A DNA stretch of 64,000 nucleotides from Eledone cirrhosa (Eukaryota), in contig OZ024740.1 in NCBI GenBank assembly GCA_964016885.1, positions 408,022,001 to 408,086,000 of the forward strand. The letters run 5' to 3'. Below, piece after piece: positions 26,955 to 39,118 of the stretch. The notes beneath the pieces are model-generated. The model searched no databases, was not told the DNA's origin, and saw nothing but the letters and a program-made list of their open reading frames with translations. Every line of letters starts with the position of its first letter. Position 1 is the first letter of the stretch. The translations under genes and the position numbers were made by a program.

Positions 26955-27004
<50 letters not shown>

Positions 27005-27476
27005 ACAAATATATATATGTGTGTATACAGTTTCCATCTACCAAATTCCACTCACAGAGCATCTGTCAACTCGAAGCTCTAGTAGCAGTCACCTGCCCCA
27101 AGTGCAACTCCTTAACCACACAGCCATGGCTAACAGCATTGGTTGTTTTGAAAGGACTCTATTAAGTCAGTCAGTTGCTGCCTGTTGACTGTATTTGATG
27201 ATGACATTTAACATTGGCTAAGAAACATCAAATATAAATAAAGTTCAGAACGATTTATCATTCTAAGAAACGACACTGACACTCAGATTTATTATTAATT
27301 GGAAGTTTCCTTTACCAACCCCTCCTTGAAATCTATAGATATAACAACGATCTCGTTACTTTTTCTTATAATACAAACAACAGAAAAAACAACACATTTC
27401 AATTAACACTTCATTTACCGTATTTCTAATAAAGGATACTGCCTATGATTTTCAAATACTTTCAATAATAATAATG

Positions 27477-27932
27477 AAATTATTGTGTACAGTGCTCAGG
27501 TGCACTACAACTCATCAAAGGTGCATGTATAGTACATAGAATAATTGTTTCTACTTTTGGCATAAGGCCAGTAATTATCCCAGTACGTTACTGGTACTTT
27601 ATTTTATCGACCCCGTAAGGATGAAAGGCAAAGTTAACCTTGGCGGGATTTGAACTCAGGACGTAAAGGGACGTATCTATGCTGTAAAGCATGGCGTCCG
27701 ACCCTCTACCGATACTGCCAATTCACCGCCCTGACAAATGTTAGGAAAATGAACAGTGTACGAGTCATGATATACATGTGTGCGTGTGTATGGGGGGGGG
27801 GGATCAAATGTAGTGTTGGCGAATCTCAGGAATCATAGAGGTTTTAAAGGATGCAGTGTCTCGACAGCTAACAACTGATGCAGGTATTTTGTTCCTTGCT
27901 TCAGCAACTCTGAGCGTGAAAAAATGTTTCGA
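27477..27932 (-). mobile_element. CR1 LINE 3' end with a SINE A insertion (27540-27731)
   Basis: Closely matches 9626-10105. Confidence 0.85.
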
Positions 27933-28794
27933 AAATAATCAAGAATTTTGAGCGATTTAGTAATGTAACTTTCCCATTATTAAGTTGGTGTCTGGAACGT
28001 AACTTAACAATGGTTCTCACATAGATTTTGATGAAAGTTTTTTTGTTTTTTTTTAGATAAATATAAATACTTAAAAACAGATCTGTGGCTTAGAATAATT
28101 TGGGTTGAAAAGATGCACCTTTCACCCATATAGTCGGTCGCAAAGCCTGGTAATTGTAGTTCATCATTCACTCTTGCCAAAGGGAGTTATCCAACCTGCT
28201 AGATAAAGGAGCTAAACGACCCTTAAACAAAACATAATAATAGGGGTAGAAGTTGCAACCAATAGTGCTCTCACAAAAGGAACACTATTTCGTCGCTAAA
28301 GGAACTGCTTAAAAAAAAACGGTTTAGCTATACGATGTTTGAGAGAGAAAAAATAGACAGGATGGTGGAGGATGGAATGTCCTTGATTGTATTCTGTGCG
28401 GTTGGGGCTGACTTGGAGTTAAGCATCAAAAACAAACTTCGTATTATCTTTGAATAATGGATGGCCAGTGGCGGACTGGCCAAGTTGCCCAATGACAAGT
28501 GGGCTCCAGGGGAACAACGGTAGTATTGCAGAGCCCACTATAGTATTTTAGGGGCCATTGCTTTGCTTTCAAAAAATACCTGCAGTCTAAGAGAAAGAAT
28601 AAATAAAAAACTAAAAAAAACAAAAACAATTAAGCAAAGCATTTGGTCAACCAATTCCCCACGGAATTAATAGAAAGCAAGATATATGACAGTGCAAATA
28701 GCTGGAATCAGCGGTTGTACATTCTACTGAATCTAAAACTTAGTGTATTCAGTCTTGCATGCAAACATACATATATAGACACACACACACACAA

Positions 28795-28839
<45 letters not shown>

Positions 28840-28913
28840 TATATATATATAAAAGATGTAGACTGAACACTTTCTTGTTAACAAGTTGTTTTAGGCCTCA
28901 TATCATGTTACAT

Positions 28914-28983
28914 TATTTTATCTGATGAGAACACAATTTTTGTCCCAGGATAATATTGTTTTTGAAATGCGCATAATAAAATA
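28914..28983 (+). ncRNA. Minimal type I hammerhead ribozyme motif (AUA triplet, palindromic stem III TGCGCA)
   Basis: TATTTTAT-CTGATGA-GAACACAAT...ATTGTTTTT-GAAA-TGCGC-ATA-ATAAAATA. Confidence 0.8.
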
Positions 28984-29320
28984 TAGAACTTTTTTTAACC
29001 ATCTTTTAATTTCTTCTTTAATATATACTCCAGTTCTACCAATTGTTGAGTGCTACTTATCTGATATATGCATAGTTTTATTGTTCTACAATATTACTCA
29101 CCTTCTACACACACACACATATATATATATATATTTTTATTTTATAGAAGGAGCTTCCTGTAGAAGCTCCTTCTATAAAATAAAAAATAAAATTTTTTTA
29201 CTCTGCCATGTATTGAGTACCTTACTTACTGTGGTTATCCCCGACTCAACCCGGGACCTACGTATATATATATATATCAATGATATTAATAAATGGAAAC
29301 TATATTTATAAAACCATATT

Positions 29321-29381
29321 TATTCTATTATATATATTTCAAGGGTACCAAAACTTTGGTACGCTCTAATCAGATAAAATA
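29321..29381 (-). ncRNA. Hammerhead ribozyme motif with a mutated core (CTGATTA)
   Basis: Minus strand: TATTTTAT-CTGATTA-GAGCGTACCAAA/TTTGGTACCCTT-GAAA-TATAT-ATA-ATAGAATA; host unit 29278-29540 is homologous to 26680-26955. Confidence 0.7.
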
Positions 29382-29558
29382 CAGAGCTTGTTTTATAAAT
29401 ATTGACATATCCAGGAATGAGACCTTAACGGTCCAAGTTTTACCTGACTATCCAGAAACTTGTCGAGTGCTTAGAAACTGTTATAAATATATATATTTGT
29501 TGAATTACCAACAAATTAAATATCCCTTTGCTTATATATATAAATGAAAATAGAGAAA

Positions 29559-29700
29559 TTAATTGTTTCTACTTTAGGCACAAGGCCATCAATTACCCAG
29601 TACATTACTGGTACTTTATTTTATCGACCCGTAAGGATGAAAGGCAAAATCAACCTCGGCGGGATTTGAACTCAGATCGTAAAGGGACGTAACTATACTG
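29559..29700 (-). mobile_element. SINE family A, 5'-truncated
   Basis: Core and tail match. Confidence 0.85.
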
Positions 29701-30289
29701 GAGAGATTAATGTGAGCAAGAAGCCAACAGTATTTCATAATATATAAGTGACTATAACGTCAAAATGGAAAATATTTCACGTAAGATATGGGAAAATAAT
29801 TCAAACTCAATTTAAAAAAAAAAATATATATATATATATATGTTTGTTAAAATAATCAAATTAAATTAATTCAACAGTTAAACACACACAGAAATAATAA
29901 GGTTGTTACCAAAGAGCCATAAAATCGACAAATTGATCCTAAATATGACTAATAGCTCTAGGAAAGACATGAACGAATAACAACATTTTAACTTTGATTT
30001 TGAAAGTAGGCTTATAATTATCAGTTTTCATTATACTATTGTAGCTGTCTCGGTGGCCTAGTTGGAGGAATCATAGACGGTGGTGATCCTAGTCGGGAAT
30101 AGGGTTCCCGGTAAACCTTTTCAGTTTTTTTTCTATTGGTTGTAAAATAAAAACTGATAAAGATTACATGTACCTCTCGGCCTGGATTAAACCCAAGACC
30201 AGGAACTCCACCGTCTCTAGTACCTACCGCTAACCTAGTGAGACAACTACCAAAATCTACGGAAAATGTATACTTATAAACCTTCTTTA

Positions 30290-30750
30290 AATTTCTTTTA
30301 TGTTGCAATATTGAAGAAAATGTAAAGGAAGGGTGAACAACAGAGCCAACACCAGAGCAAAAGACAGCAGCGTCGCGAGGAGTACCGGGCAACCTCTCTA
30401 ATGATTTTTGAGGCAAGCCAGGACACTCGCCGCTTTGCCTCGGGTGATGACGAGGCTAATGCGCTAAAACAACCAAGCGCCCTCGCGAGATTCGCCAGTT
30501 ACCTCTATTAGGCGAGCCGCCAGCAACGAGAGGAATCTCGCAGTCAGTGGCCCGCGAGATTCGCCAGTTACCTCTATTAGGCGAGCCGCCAGCAACGAGA
30601 GGAATCTCGCAGTCAGTGGCCCGACTCCTCCAAACGTCTCGAAAGCCACAGGCTGAAAAATGTAGCTGGCCGACAGATCACAGTATCTGAGGGCTCGGTT
30701 ATTCACCCCTTCCTTTACATTTTCTTTAATATTGCAACATTAAAAGAATA
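30290..30750 (-). mobile_element. CRE-like RLE 3' fragment with a 69-bp tandem duplication and flanking inverted repeats
   Basis: RYCDLSASYIFQPVAFETFGGVG...GAWLF*RISLVITRG; duplicated units start at 30484 and 30553. Confidence 0.75.
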
Positions 30751-32605
30751 TATCCTTCTGGAAGAATCGCGAGCAATTTATAATGTTATCTCCGGTAAGC
30801 AATTGTAATGTTATTTGTGTATATATTTGGAACATATTTGTTATGTGATTCTACTGTACAATATAATTAATAAGTTATACATTTAAGGATGGTATATCCG
30901 CTCCCTGAATTACGTGAAGACCGGCCTATACCGAAACTTGAGCCTTATCCGTGGGGTGGCAAGTGGGTTAACTCCAGGCACTCAAGAGGCTACATCTGTG
31001 CTTATTACTCTTTGCTTAAACGTAGCTTAGGCAGGCACTCAACAACTACCACGATCATCGTCGTAACACACGAGTGGTTCTCAAGTTTCCATTCTTACCA
31101 TATAAGTTCGCAAGTTTTTATGTGTCGTAACCTGCTTCAACCACATCTACTTATTTTATATATTCTAGCAGTATCTTACTAAGCTGTGCATTTTCCCATT
31201 TTCTTGTGATAGAAACTGTGTAGGTGTTTATTAATGTAAATTATATGTAGGCGATGTTTTTGTCAGCCTTGATTGATAAAAGGCACTCCAATTGCGATCA
31301 TCTCGTCTTTTCTCAAACATAATGTATCTAGGACTATATCGTCCAACGTGTCCTTTTTAAAAAGACGGTAGTGTGTAATTGAGAGTTATTTGGCTGCTAT
31401 TTCTAGTAGCTCGGCTCGTATAAACTGGCGTTCATTACTAGGCAGTCTCTTCCGATTTAGTTTATAGCTGTCAAGCCTTCTTAATTAAATACATTTTCTG
31501 TTGCGTGGAATCAATATCATGGGCATGGCATTATTTTCATAATAATAATATCACCGAAGTTAATTTACTTGGAGTTGAGGGGTCAGGAGAAATATTTTTC
31601 TTTTCTATATATAACTTAAATTTACTTTCATTTGTAGTTAGTGTTAATCAAAATATCTTCCGGGATTTGTTCTCGGCTTTTTATGTTTTAAGTTCAAACC
31701 CCGTTGAGATGAACGTTACCTTTCATTCTTCTGGGGTCGATGAACTCATCATTACTGTTAGTAAAATCATAAACGTTACATATCATTTCATTGACACTGT
31801 ATTTCTGAGGTTCTGTGATTATTTTAGAGTTGTTTTTTTTCTCCTTTCTTTTTCGTTTTTTCTTCTTCTTCCATTACACCATAACCACCACCATCTTCTG
31901 TTTCTCATTTTCCTTCCAAACTGCAATTTGCTCCAGATCAACCTTGGTCGAACAAACCTATAATGATCAAAGTCGTTCCAATCATGAAGATTCTTCTTTT
32001 TCTCAGACATAGTTTATCTAGAAATACAGTTTCCAATTAATCCGCCCACTCCATTTTGGAGGATAGGTTGTTATTCGAGGGAAATTTGGCAGGTCGATCG
32101 TCTATGAGAGGCTTCTTCATTGTCTTGTTTTACAGCAAATTGACAGAATTGTCATCAACGTTTCATTCTTTCAGTAAAATAAATATCACTAATATACTAC
32201 AATTGATTGAAGCGACTATACCCGAGAGAAGAAAATATCATTAGTATTGTTAATATAGTTTCATTTTGGCCAATGTTAGAAATCGATATTTTAAATACAT
32301 TGTGGTAGTTTCGGATTTAGGACAAATGAGGCCCCTTAACTAGTTAAGTTATAAGGCCCCTTACTTGGGCTCTGAAGGAAGTAAAACATTTTTAGGGGCA
32401 GGAAGATGGGCTCATCTGGCCTACAGGGTCCTGTGCTTAAGCACACCTAAACACAATGGTAAATCTGGCTCTGTATTTTGAGCAGTGGTTAGTAGAATGG
32501 GTAGAGAGCTGAACAAATTGCCTTGTGGTGTTTAGTTACATCTCTTTACGTCCTTTCAATGACGATAAATAAGTACCAGTCAAATCTGTTGATTTTATTT
32601 ATCTA

Positions 32606-33366
32606 CTAGCAGAATGGCCCGGCGTTGCTCGGGATTTGCTATAGGGTTCTTATATATTTGATATATATTTATCCTTATCGAACCTCGTGAAATAAATACG
32701 TTTGTTTATATTTTGTTATTGTGTATGCAAAAATATCTGTCCATAAATATATAATTATATATATATATTAAAATAACAGACTAAAGTTTAAGCAAAGAAT
32801 CACTGCTTTCACCCTTAACGGGATATTCTACCTAAAAGCAGTATGAAGTACATACACTAAGACTAATTGATGTAATCTTTGGTCTTGTTTGTTTACATTT
32901 TGTTTTTGTGTATGCAAAAATATCTGTACACGAATATCTATATTAAAATAACATATTAATGTTTAAGCAAAGAATCGCTGCTTTCAACCTTAACGGGATC
33001 TTCTGAAACTAAAAAAATCAATCTAGAAAACAGGAAGACGATACTTTGGTTCGTGAAGACGTTCCCTGGCATAAGAATATGTATACACACACACACTGAT
33101 CGCGTCATAATGACGTAATGCAGACAGTCAGGCATACAGACAGATATTATGAAGGCGCGACGTCATATCTATGTATCTATCTAAAAAGAGAAAGACTAAA
33201 TCGCCTAATGCGGTCCCTAGGGCATTGAAAATTTGAAATTTGTTTTGCTCAAAACACTTCCGGGGTCATACGAGTTACATGTATAAAGTTTGAAAAAAAC
33301 CGGTTGGGTACTTCTCGAGTTTTAGGGAAACAGACACACAGACATCCTCTGTTTTATATATATAGA
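32606..33366 (-). mobile_element. Non-autonomous Helitron, complete
   Basis: Minus strand starts TCTATATATATAAAACAGAG and ends CCCGAGCAACGCCGGG hairpin...CTGCTAG|T. Confidence 0.8.
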
Positions 33367-33402
33367 CTAGCAGAAAACCACGCGTGGGCGGTTTTCTGCT
33401 AG

Positions 33403-33716
33403 TCTATATATCTAAAACAGAGAATGTCTGTCTGCCTGTCTGTCAGCTCACTAAAACTTGAGAACCACCCAACCGATTGTTTTCAAACTTTACACATGTA
33501 ATACTTAGGGTCCTGTGAGTGTTTTGAGCAAAAATATTTCAAATTTTCAATGCTCTAGGGACCGCATTAGGCGATTTAGCGATCTCTCTCTATAAGTCTT
33601 AGTCTTTCTTTTTAGATAGATACATAGATATAACGTTGCGCCCTTATAATATCTGTCTGTATGTCTGGCTGTCTGCATTACGTCATTATGACGCGATCAG
33701 TGTGTATATATATGTA
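33403..33716 (+). mobile_element. Helitron 5' part, inverted paralog of 33080-33366
   Basis: Starts TCTATATATCTAAAACAGAG; aligns with the reverse complement of the left copy, with substitutions and indels. Confidence 0.75.
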
Positions 33717-33719
33717 TCG

Positions 33720-33921
33720 TAATGCAGACAGCAAGACATATAGCTTTCCTTCCCCTCTTCCAGCGTCTCTCTCTCTCCCGCTATCCCCCTCTTGTAGTCT
33801 GTCTCTTTCTTTCACTCTCACTCTCTCTCTACGCGTGCGCAAAAAACATTCGCACGCGCGCACGTGTTTCCACTGTCGGACAGACAGACAGAGAAATTGC
33901 TGGTTATATATTATAAGGAGA
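33720..33921 (-). mobile_element. Possible 5' end of a second Helitron family
   Basis: Minus strand A|TCTCCTTATAATATATAA...TCTGTCTGTCTGTCCG resembles a Helitron 5' end. Confidence 0.4.
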
Positions 33922-34976
33922 TTAGCTTGCAGTTTCTACAAATAGCTCTGTGCCAATATTAAAAATCGATAATTATCATCATCATCATATATTATTTTCA
34001 TTATTGTTTTTTTTTCTTCTATTTATCTTAAGAACCATTTAGAGAGTTACATGTGAAAATATAAACAATTATAAAATATAGCATAAATATTATATTACTT
34101 GAATTATTGATATGTAAGGATGTGTTTGTGATATAATAATGAAAATTGATGTTCTTTTTAGATGAAATAATATGCATTTTATCATACCACAAGCATTCAA
34201 AATTTACCCCACTGCCATTATATGCAATACTTTTTTGTTTATAAAGATATTTCAAATGAGTTGGATGTTTTTAATTTACTATTAAAAAAAATACAACACA
34301 GAATGAATTTTAAATGTGATTTTAAAGCAAACTATAGATATAGGCAATGTATTATGATATAACTTGAGGTTTAAACCTATCGTTATTATATTTAGGCACT
34401 GCCTATTAATTTTAAATGATTTTGTAAATAATACAGAATTTGAACGTATCCAGTAATATACTCATTATCAAGTTGGCATTTGAAACATAACTTAACAAAA
34501 GTTCTTATATAAAATTGTAATTGAAGATTTTAAATAAATATAAACATTTAAAAATAAACAGCTTAGTATTTCAGAAACAACAAAATCTCTGAAGCAGATT
34601 CTGAACATTTGACATTTTACTTTTGTTTAGAGTTTAGTTTGTTTGTTGTTTAGCATGATTTTGTTGAGATGAAGACATGGGCAGAAGGGTGAAGTTCTTA
34701 GAAGAAAAGTTTAGACAAAGAGCGTAGTGTAGGACTTTTGGAGATGTGACATTATATAGATGATAGATGATGGGAGAAACTGAAGTTTTCCCTTCTGTTG
34801 ATATTCTACTGTTTGAAGAACAATTATATCCAAGACAGAAAATAAAAGATTCCAAAGCTTTTATTTATTTAATTTAGCATTCTATAGATTAAGATTTCAA
34901 ATCCCATTGGAACTGACATGTCTTTCATCATGCCAAGATTACTAAAATAAAGTACAAGGAAAATATGAGCATTTAT

Positions 34977-35185
34977 TTAACCCTTTAGCATTTAAACCGA
35001 CTGTATCCAGCCAGAATTCTCTCACCTATTTCTGTTCAAACCGTTCATAACCAGCTGCTCATATGTTAAGGTATTGTCCTCAAAAATAATATCAAACTCT
35101 AATAGACTTGATATTATGTGAGATAAAGCCTTTACTGTGAAAATACAATAGTAAATATAGAGTAATGTAAATGCTAAAGGGTTAA
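34977..35185 (+). mobile_element. piggyBac-type MITE family 1
   Basis: TTAA flanks and CCCTTTAGCATTTA TIRs. Confidence 0.85.
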
Positions 35186-35257
35186 TAAACTATACTTTTT
35201 ACTAACCAAACATTGACTTTGTGCCTGATGAAATGAAATCAATATTTATCAAATGTT

Positions 35258-35475
35258 TTAACCCTTTTGTGACTGTATCTCTAGTGAAATACACTCTATT
35301 TCAATTAAATAATGGAGAGTTTTGAAAGATTTACTAAAATTATCAATTATTTCCTTTCTAAAGTAGTATCTTGATGTATCATTCTTAGATAAAATTATGT
35401 ATGAACCCTTTAAAATGGATGGTTTTGTTACATAAAACCAGTCTTTTTGGGCTTGGCTGGTATCAAAAGGGTTAA
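35258..35475 (-). mobile_element. piggyBac-type MITE family 2
   Basis: TTAACCCTTTT...AAAAGGGTTAA. Confidence 0.8.
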
Positions 35476-36590
35476 AGATGGTTGATAGCAGAAACATTTG
35501 AATACTAGACTAAATTCCTTGCAGTATTTAGTTACACTCTGTATGTTCTGAGTTCAAGTCTTATTTTAGGGTAGTCTTTCAACTTTATGGGAGTGGAGGA
35601 GGGGGTAACAATAAATTAAATATCAATAATGTGCTGGGATTGTTTTAATTGGGTTCCAAATAATAAGGGGTGTGTGGAAAATCAATAATTTTTCTAGGTT
35701 GTCTCAGTGAGATTTTTAAAAATCAGAATTAGTTTAGTTTACATATTGAGACCCCAACCCATCCTATTTATTTTATAACATGAGATTTCTAATAATTTAC
35801 ATTTTTGTCATGTTAATGTTTTTTAACGTATAAAGAAAATTGTCACAGGAATGCAACCACTTAAAATAAAATTTTGCCAGAGATAGATTAGCAAAATTTA
35901 ATGAGCAGAGGTGGAATAAGAGGGTGGGGTGGGGGAAATTATTCGAGATCTGAGTGTATATCATCTCTCCTTTAATTTTTGTGGCATTGAGCCAGTGCTA
36001 TTTATCAATATTATAAAATTTCCAGCCTTAATTTTTGCATATAAGAATCTGACATCTAACTTTGGCACATATACACATTTATGATTTTTACTTTTGATTA
36101 ATGTTCTAAGATGATTTAATTAAATAAAAAAAACTTTGAAAATATTGTTAAAACGTTGATAAGTTAATCTCATTCTACAACATTACTATAAAAATAAGAA
36201 CAACACAGACATGATGCACATTTCAAATATTTTAATTTTGAGGATTGTAAACATGTGATATGACACATCTTTTTACATGATACTGAGTTACTAGATGTTG
36301 ATTAACCCAGAAAAGTGCTAACTAAAAGTCTTCTAGTCATCACCAGTTCAACTTTTTTAAGGTGACAAATTTTGTTAGATTTTAGGTAAATTTGGCTGCT
36401 GTTTCTAGCACTTTAACCAGGCAGATACATGCTACTCTGTTGGGTCACTGAGATATTGGTAATTTAAGTTGGTTCTGCTAGCAATTCAATGTTTGGATCT
36501 TTAAATTTATTGTTAACATAGATATTATAATGCCATTGTCTAATTAACAGCATGAATTATTGTGTAAATGTTGTACATATCAAAGGGACT

Positions 36591-36795
36591 TTAACCCCTT
36601 AGCATTTAAACCGGTGGTATCCAGTTAGAATTCTCTCACCTCTTTCTGTTCAAACCGGCTGTAACTGGCTGCTTATACTGATGTTAAGGAATTCTCAAAA
36701 TAAATATTGAAATCTCATAGCTTCAATATTATGTGAGGTAAAGCCTTTACCACAAAAATATAATAGTATATATAGAGTAAATACTAAAGGGTTAA
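36591..36795 (+). mobile_element. piggyBac-type MITE family 1
   Basis: TTAA flanks and TIRs. Confidence 0.85.
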
Positions 36796-36809
36796 TTTTG
36801 TTTTACATG

Positions 36810-37165
36810 TTAGAGGAAGAGGAGGAGTGATAATGATCTTTGCAGCTCCTCCAAGACTGGTATTGATGTGGTTAGTGTTTGGTTTGAACATCTGTAAGTT
36901 GATATCTACAGCAAAACCTTTGGTGAGGAGGAAATTCCAGTGAGTAGCAGCTGTGAGGAGAAAGGAATGGATGTATCTAAGAGGCAAGACATGTGGGGAA
37001 TGACAAGAGAAGGAGTGACAAATGTAAAAAATGAACCTCATTGGAAGGGATATGCAGTTAACTAGTTCAGAGAATTGGAAGCCATTATAGTAGAGGAGAC
37101 AGAAATGGAAATTACTTTTCTGTGAGCTAGTAGTTGAAATGTGCTGGTGAGTGAATTTTACCAAG
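36810..37165 (-). mobile_element. Degenerate CR1/Jockey-like LINE 3' fragment
   Basis: YNG...SELVNCI...HSFL..AATHWNFL....NLQMFK resembles a LINE ORF2 C-terminus. Confidence 0.45.
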
Positions 37166-38521
37166 GTTTGGTGTAGTCTAATCTGTTTGTGAGTTCAACT
37201 TTACATAGTATCAGTTCATAGCCAATCTGGGTCTATTAACTGCAATAGACTGGTGTCATATCATGGGTTTAGATTTACCTCCCATTTGCTTAACATCATA
37301 AAACAAGAGCAATATATGCATTGACACTTAAAAACCTCCTGTTATGTAAAAGGTATATTTACATTCTTGATAAAAAAAATGGACTGTTCCTATCCTATTC
37401 TCAATGTGGTGTTATGGCAAAAACAGCTTAATTTTTAATTTTCAATTAGTGCTCTTTTTTTAAATAAATAAACATAAGTTGTTAATATTGATGAGTATTT
37501 TGTTATCTAGTTTTGGTTGACACTTTATGTTGATTTCTAATTTAGGCACAAGGCTAGCAATTTTTGAGGGAAGAGCAAATTAATTATTTTATCAACCCTG
37601 AAAGGATAAATGGCAAAGTTGACATTGGCGGGATTTGAAATCAGAGTTGTAAAGAGCCAGAAAACATACCACAGTGGCATTTTATCCAACAGCCTACCAT
37701 TTCTGCCAATCCACCACCTTTTGTCGAAACTTTATATTGATAATATTGTTAGCTTGTTTTAGTGAATCTTTATATTGACAAAACCATGTACAGTTTATTG
37801 TCCTATCTAATTTGGAAAGATACTTATCGGCTTCTAAATGCCATTTAGACTACAGGAAAAGTTATATCAAACTGTGACGCTATCCGATAACTGATGGACA
37901 GAAAGGAAAAGCATAATCTTGTATACATGCTAAATTTTCCAAACAGCCATATCATTTTCTGACAGTTTTATTGATTTAGATTCTCTTTTTCTGTAAATGA
38001 TACAATACATGAGTGATGTTTAGCTTTTACTAAATATCCTTAAGCTTATATGTCTTTTTACGAACATTATATTATATTATGTTATCAATTGTCGTTATTG
38101 AACATTGATATATTGCAGTGTTAAAGTCTTAAAGTGTTATGATTAAAGTTCAAATAAAGTTAACAGTTCAAACCATTATCATTACTAAAAGTCATTTTTG
38201 TGAAACAACTACTTAGCTTTATTTTTTTTACATATTTACTTTTTGTTTTGTTTTATTAAAATTAAAGATAAATGTTTTTATCTTGTTTGGGAAGAGTTAC
38301 AGTATTTTAAATTTATCTTTCTTTTATTTTCAACTAAGATAAATGTTTGTACTATTCTGTAAAGGCTGTTAGTTTTTTGACACTTTAAAACAATTTCCTT
38401 GAAAACTATTGTCAATTGAAGACTACTTTCAAGATTTTGTATAACTTCTCTAGATAAAAGCATATTTTTTACTAAGATTTATATATTTATATAAATGCAA
38501 GCAGGGAAAAGCGGACGTAAA

Positions 38522-38557
<36 letters not shown>

Positions 38558-38656
38558 GATTTGGAATTAGTCAGTATACATGTGTGTGTAGAGGGGGTGC
38601 ATGTACCCACCCATATATGATTCATACTTGCAGCATCACCACATATATATAAGACA

Positions 38657-39089
38657 AGGTGATAAAAACTGACCTTGCCCACCTACACCTCTCTAAGACA
38701 ATGACACTGGATCGAGACCTTTGGTGCCATGCAGTTGTACAGAAGACCCGACTACCATTGCATACAAACCTAGTCAGTAGGCACCTCTTAGCTCAATGTA
38801 CACCCCCACGCCCTACCCCATCCTCCCTCTCCCGTTCCGTCCACTGTGTCAATGACACACCAGTCACATTGTAAAGTGGTCATGTAGGAGACACAGTGAA
38901 AAGGCTCCCAGTCCACACTGTAAATGTGGTTGGTGTTAGGAAGGGCATCCAGCTGTAAAAAAAACCTGCCAGAGATGCTTCCGTGCAAGCGAGACACGGT
39001 CTCCCGACCATTCCTGCATTAAATGGAACAAAACCGTCTAATCCATGCTAGCGTATAAGTGGACGTTAAACAACAATGATGATGATGAT
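38657..39089 (+). mobile_element. RTE LINE extreme 3' end with 3' UTR and (GAT)n tail
   Basis: Homologous to 11535-11960. Confidence 0.8.
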
Positions 39090-39118
39090 TATATATATAT
39101 ATATATAGAGAGAGAGAA

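Noticed and set aside
25751-27165. Multiple ORFs with IYIYIY runs
   Set aside because: They are (TA)n translations; only the LINE-derived parts are meaningful
30899-30945. GCTC-CTGAAT...CCGAAACTTGAGC hammerhead-like motif
   Set aside because: Core and cleavage triplet are not canonical; at best a decayed remnant
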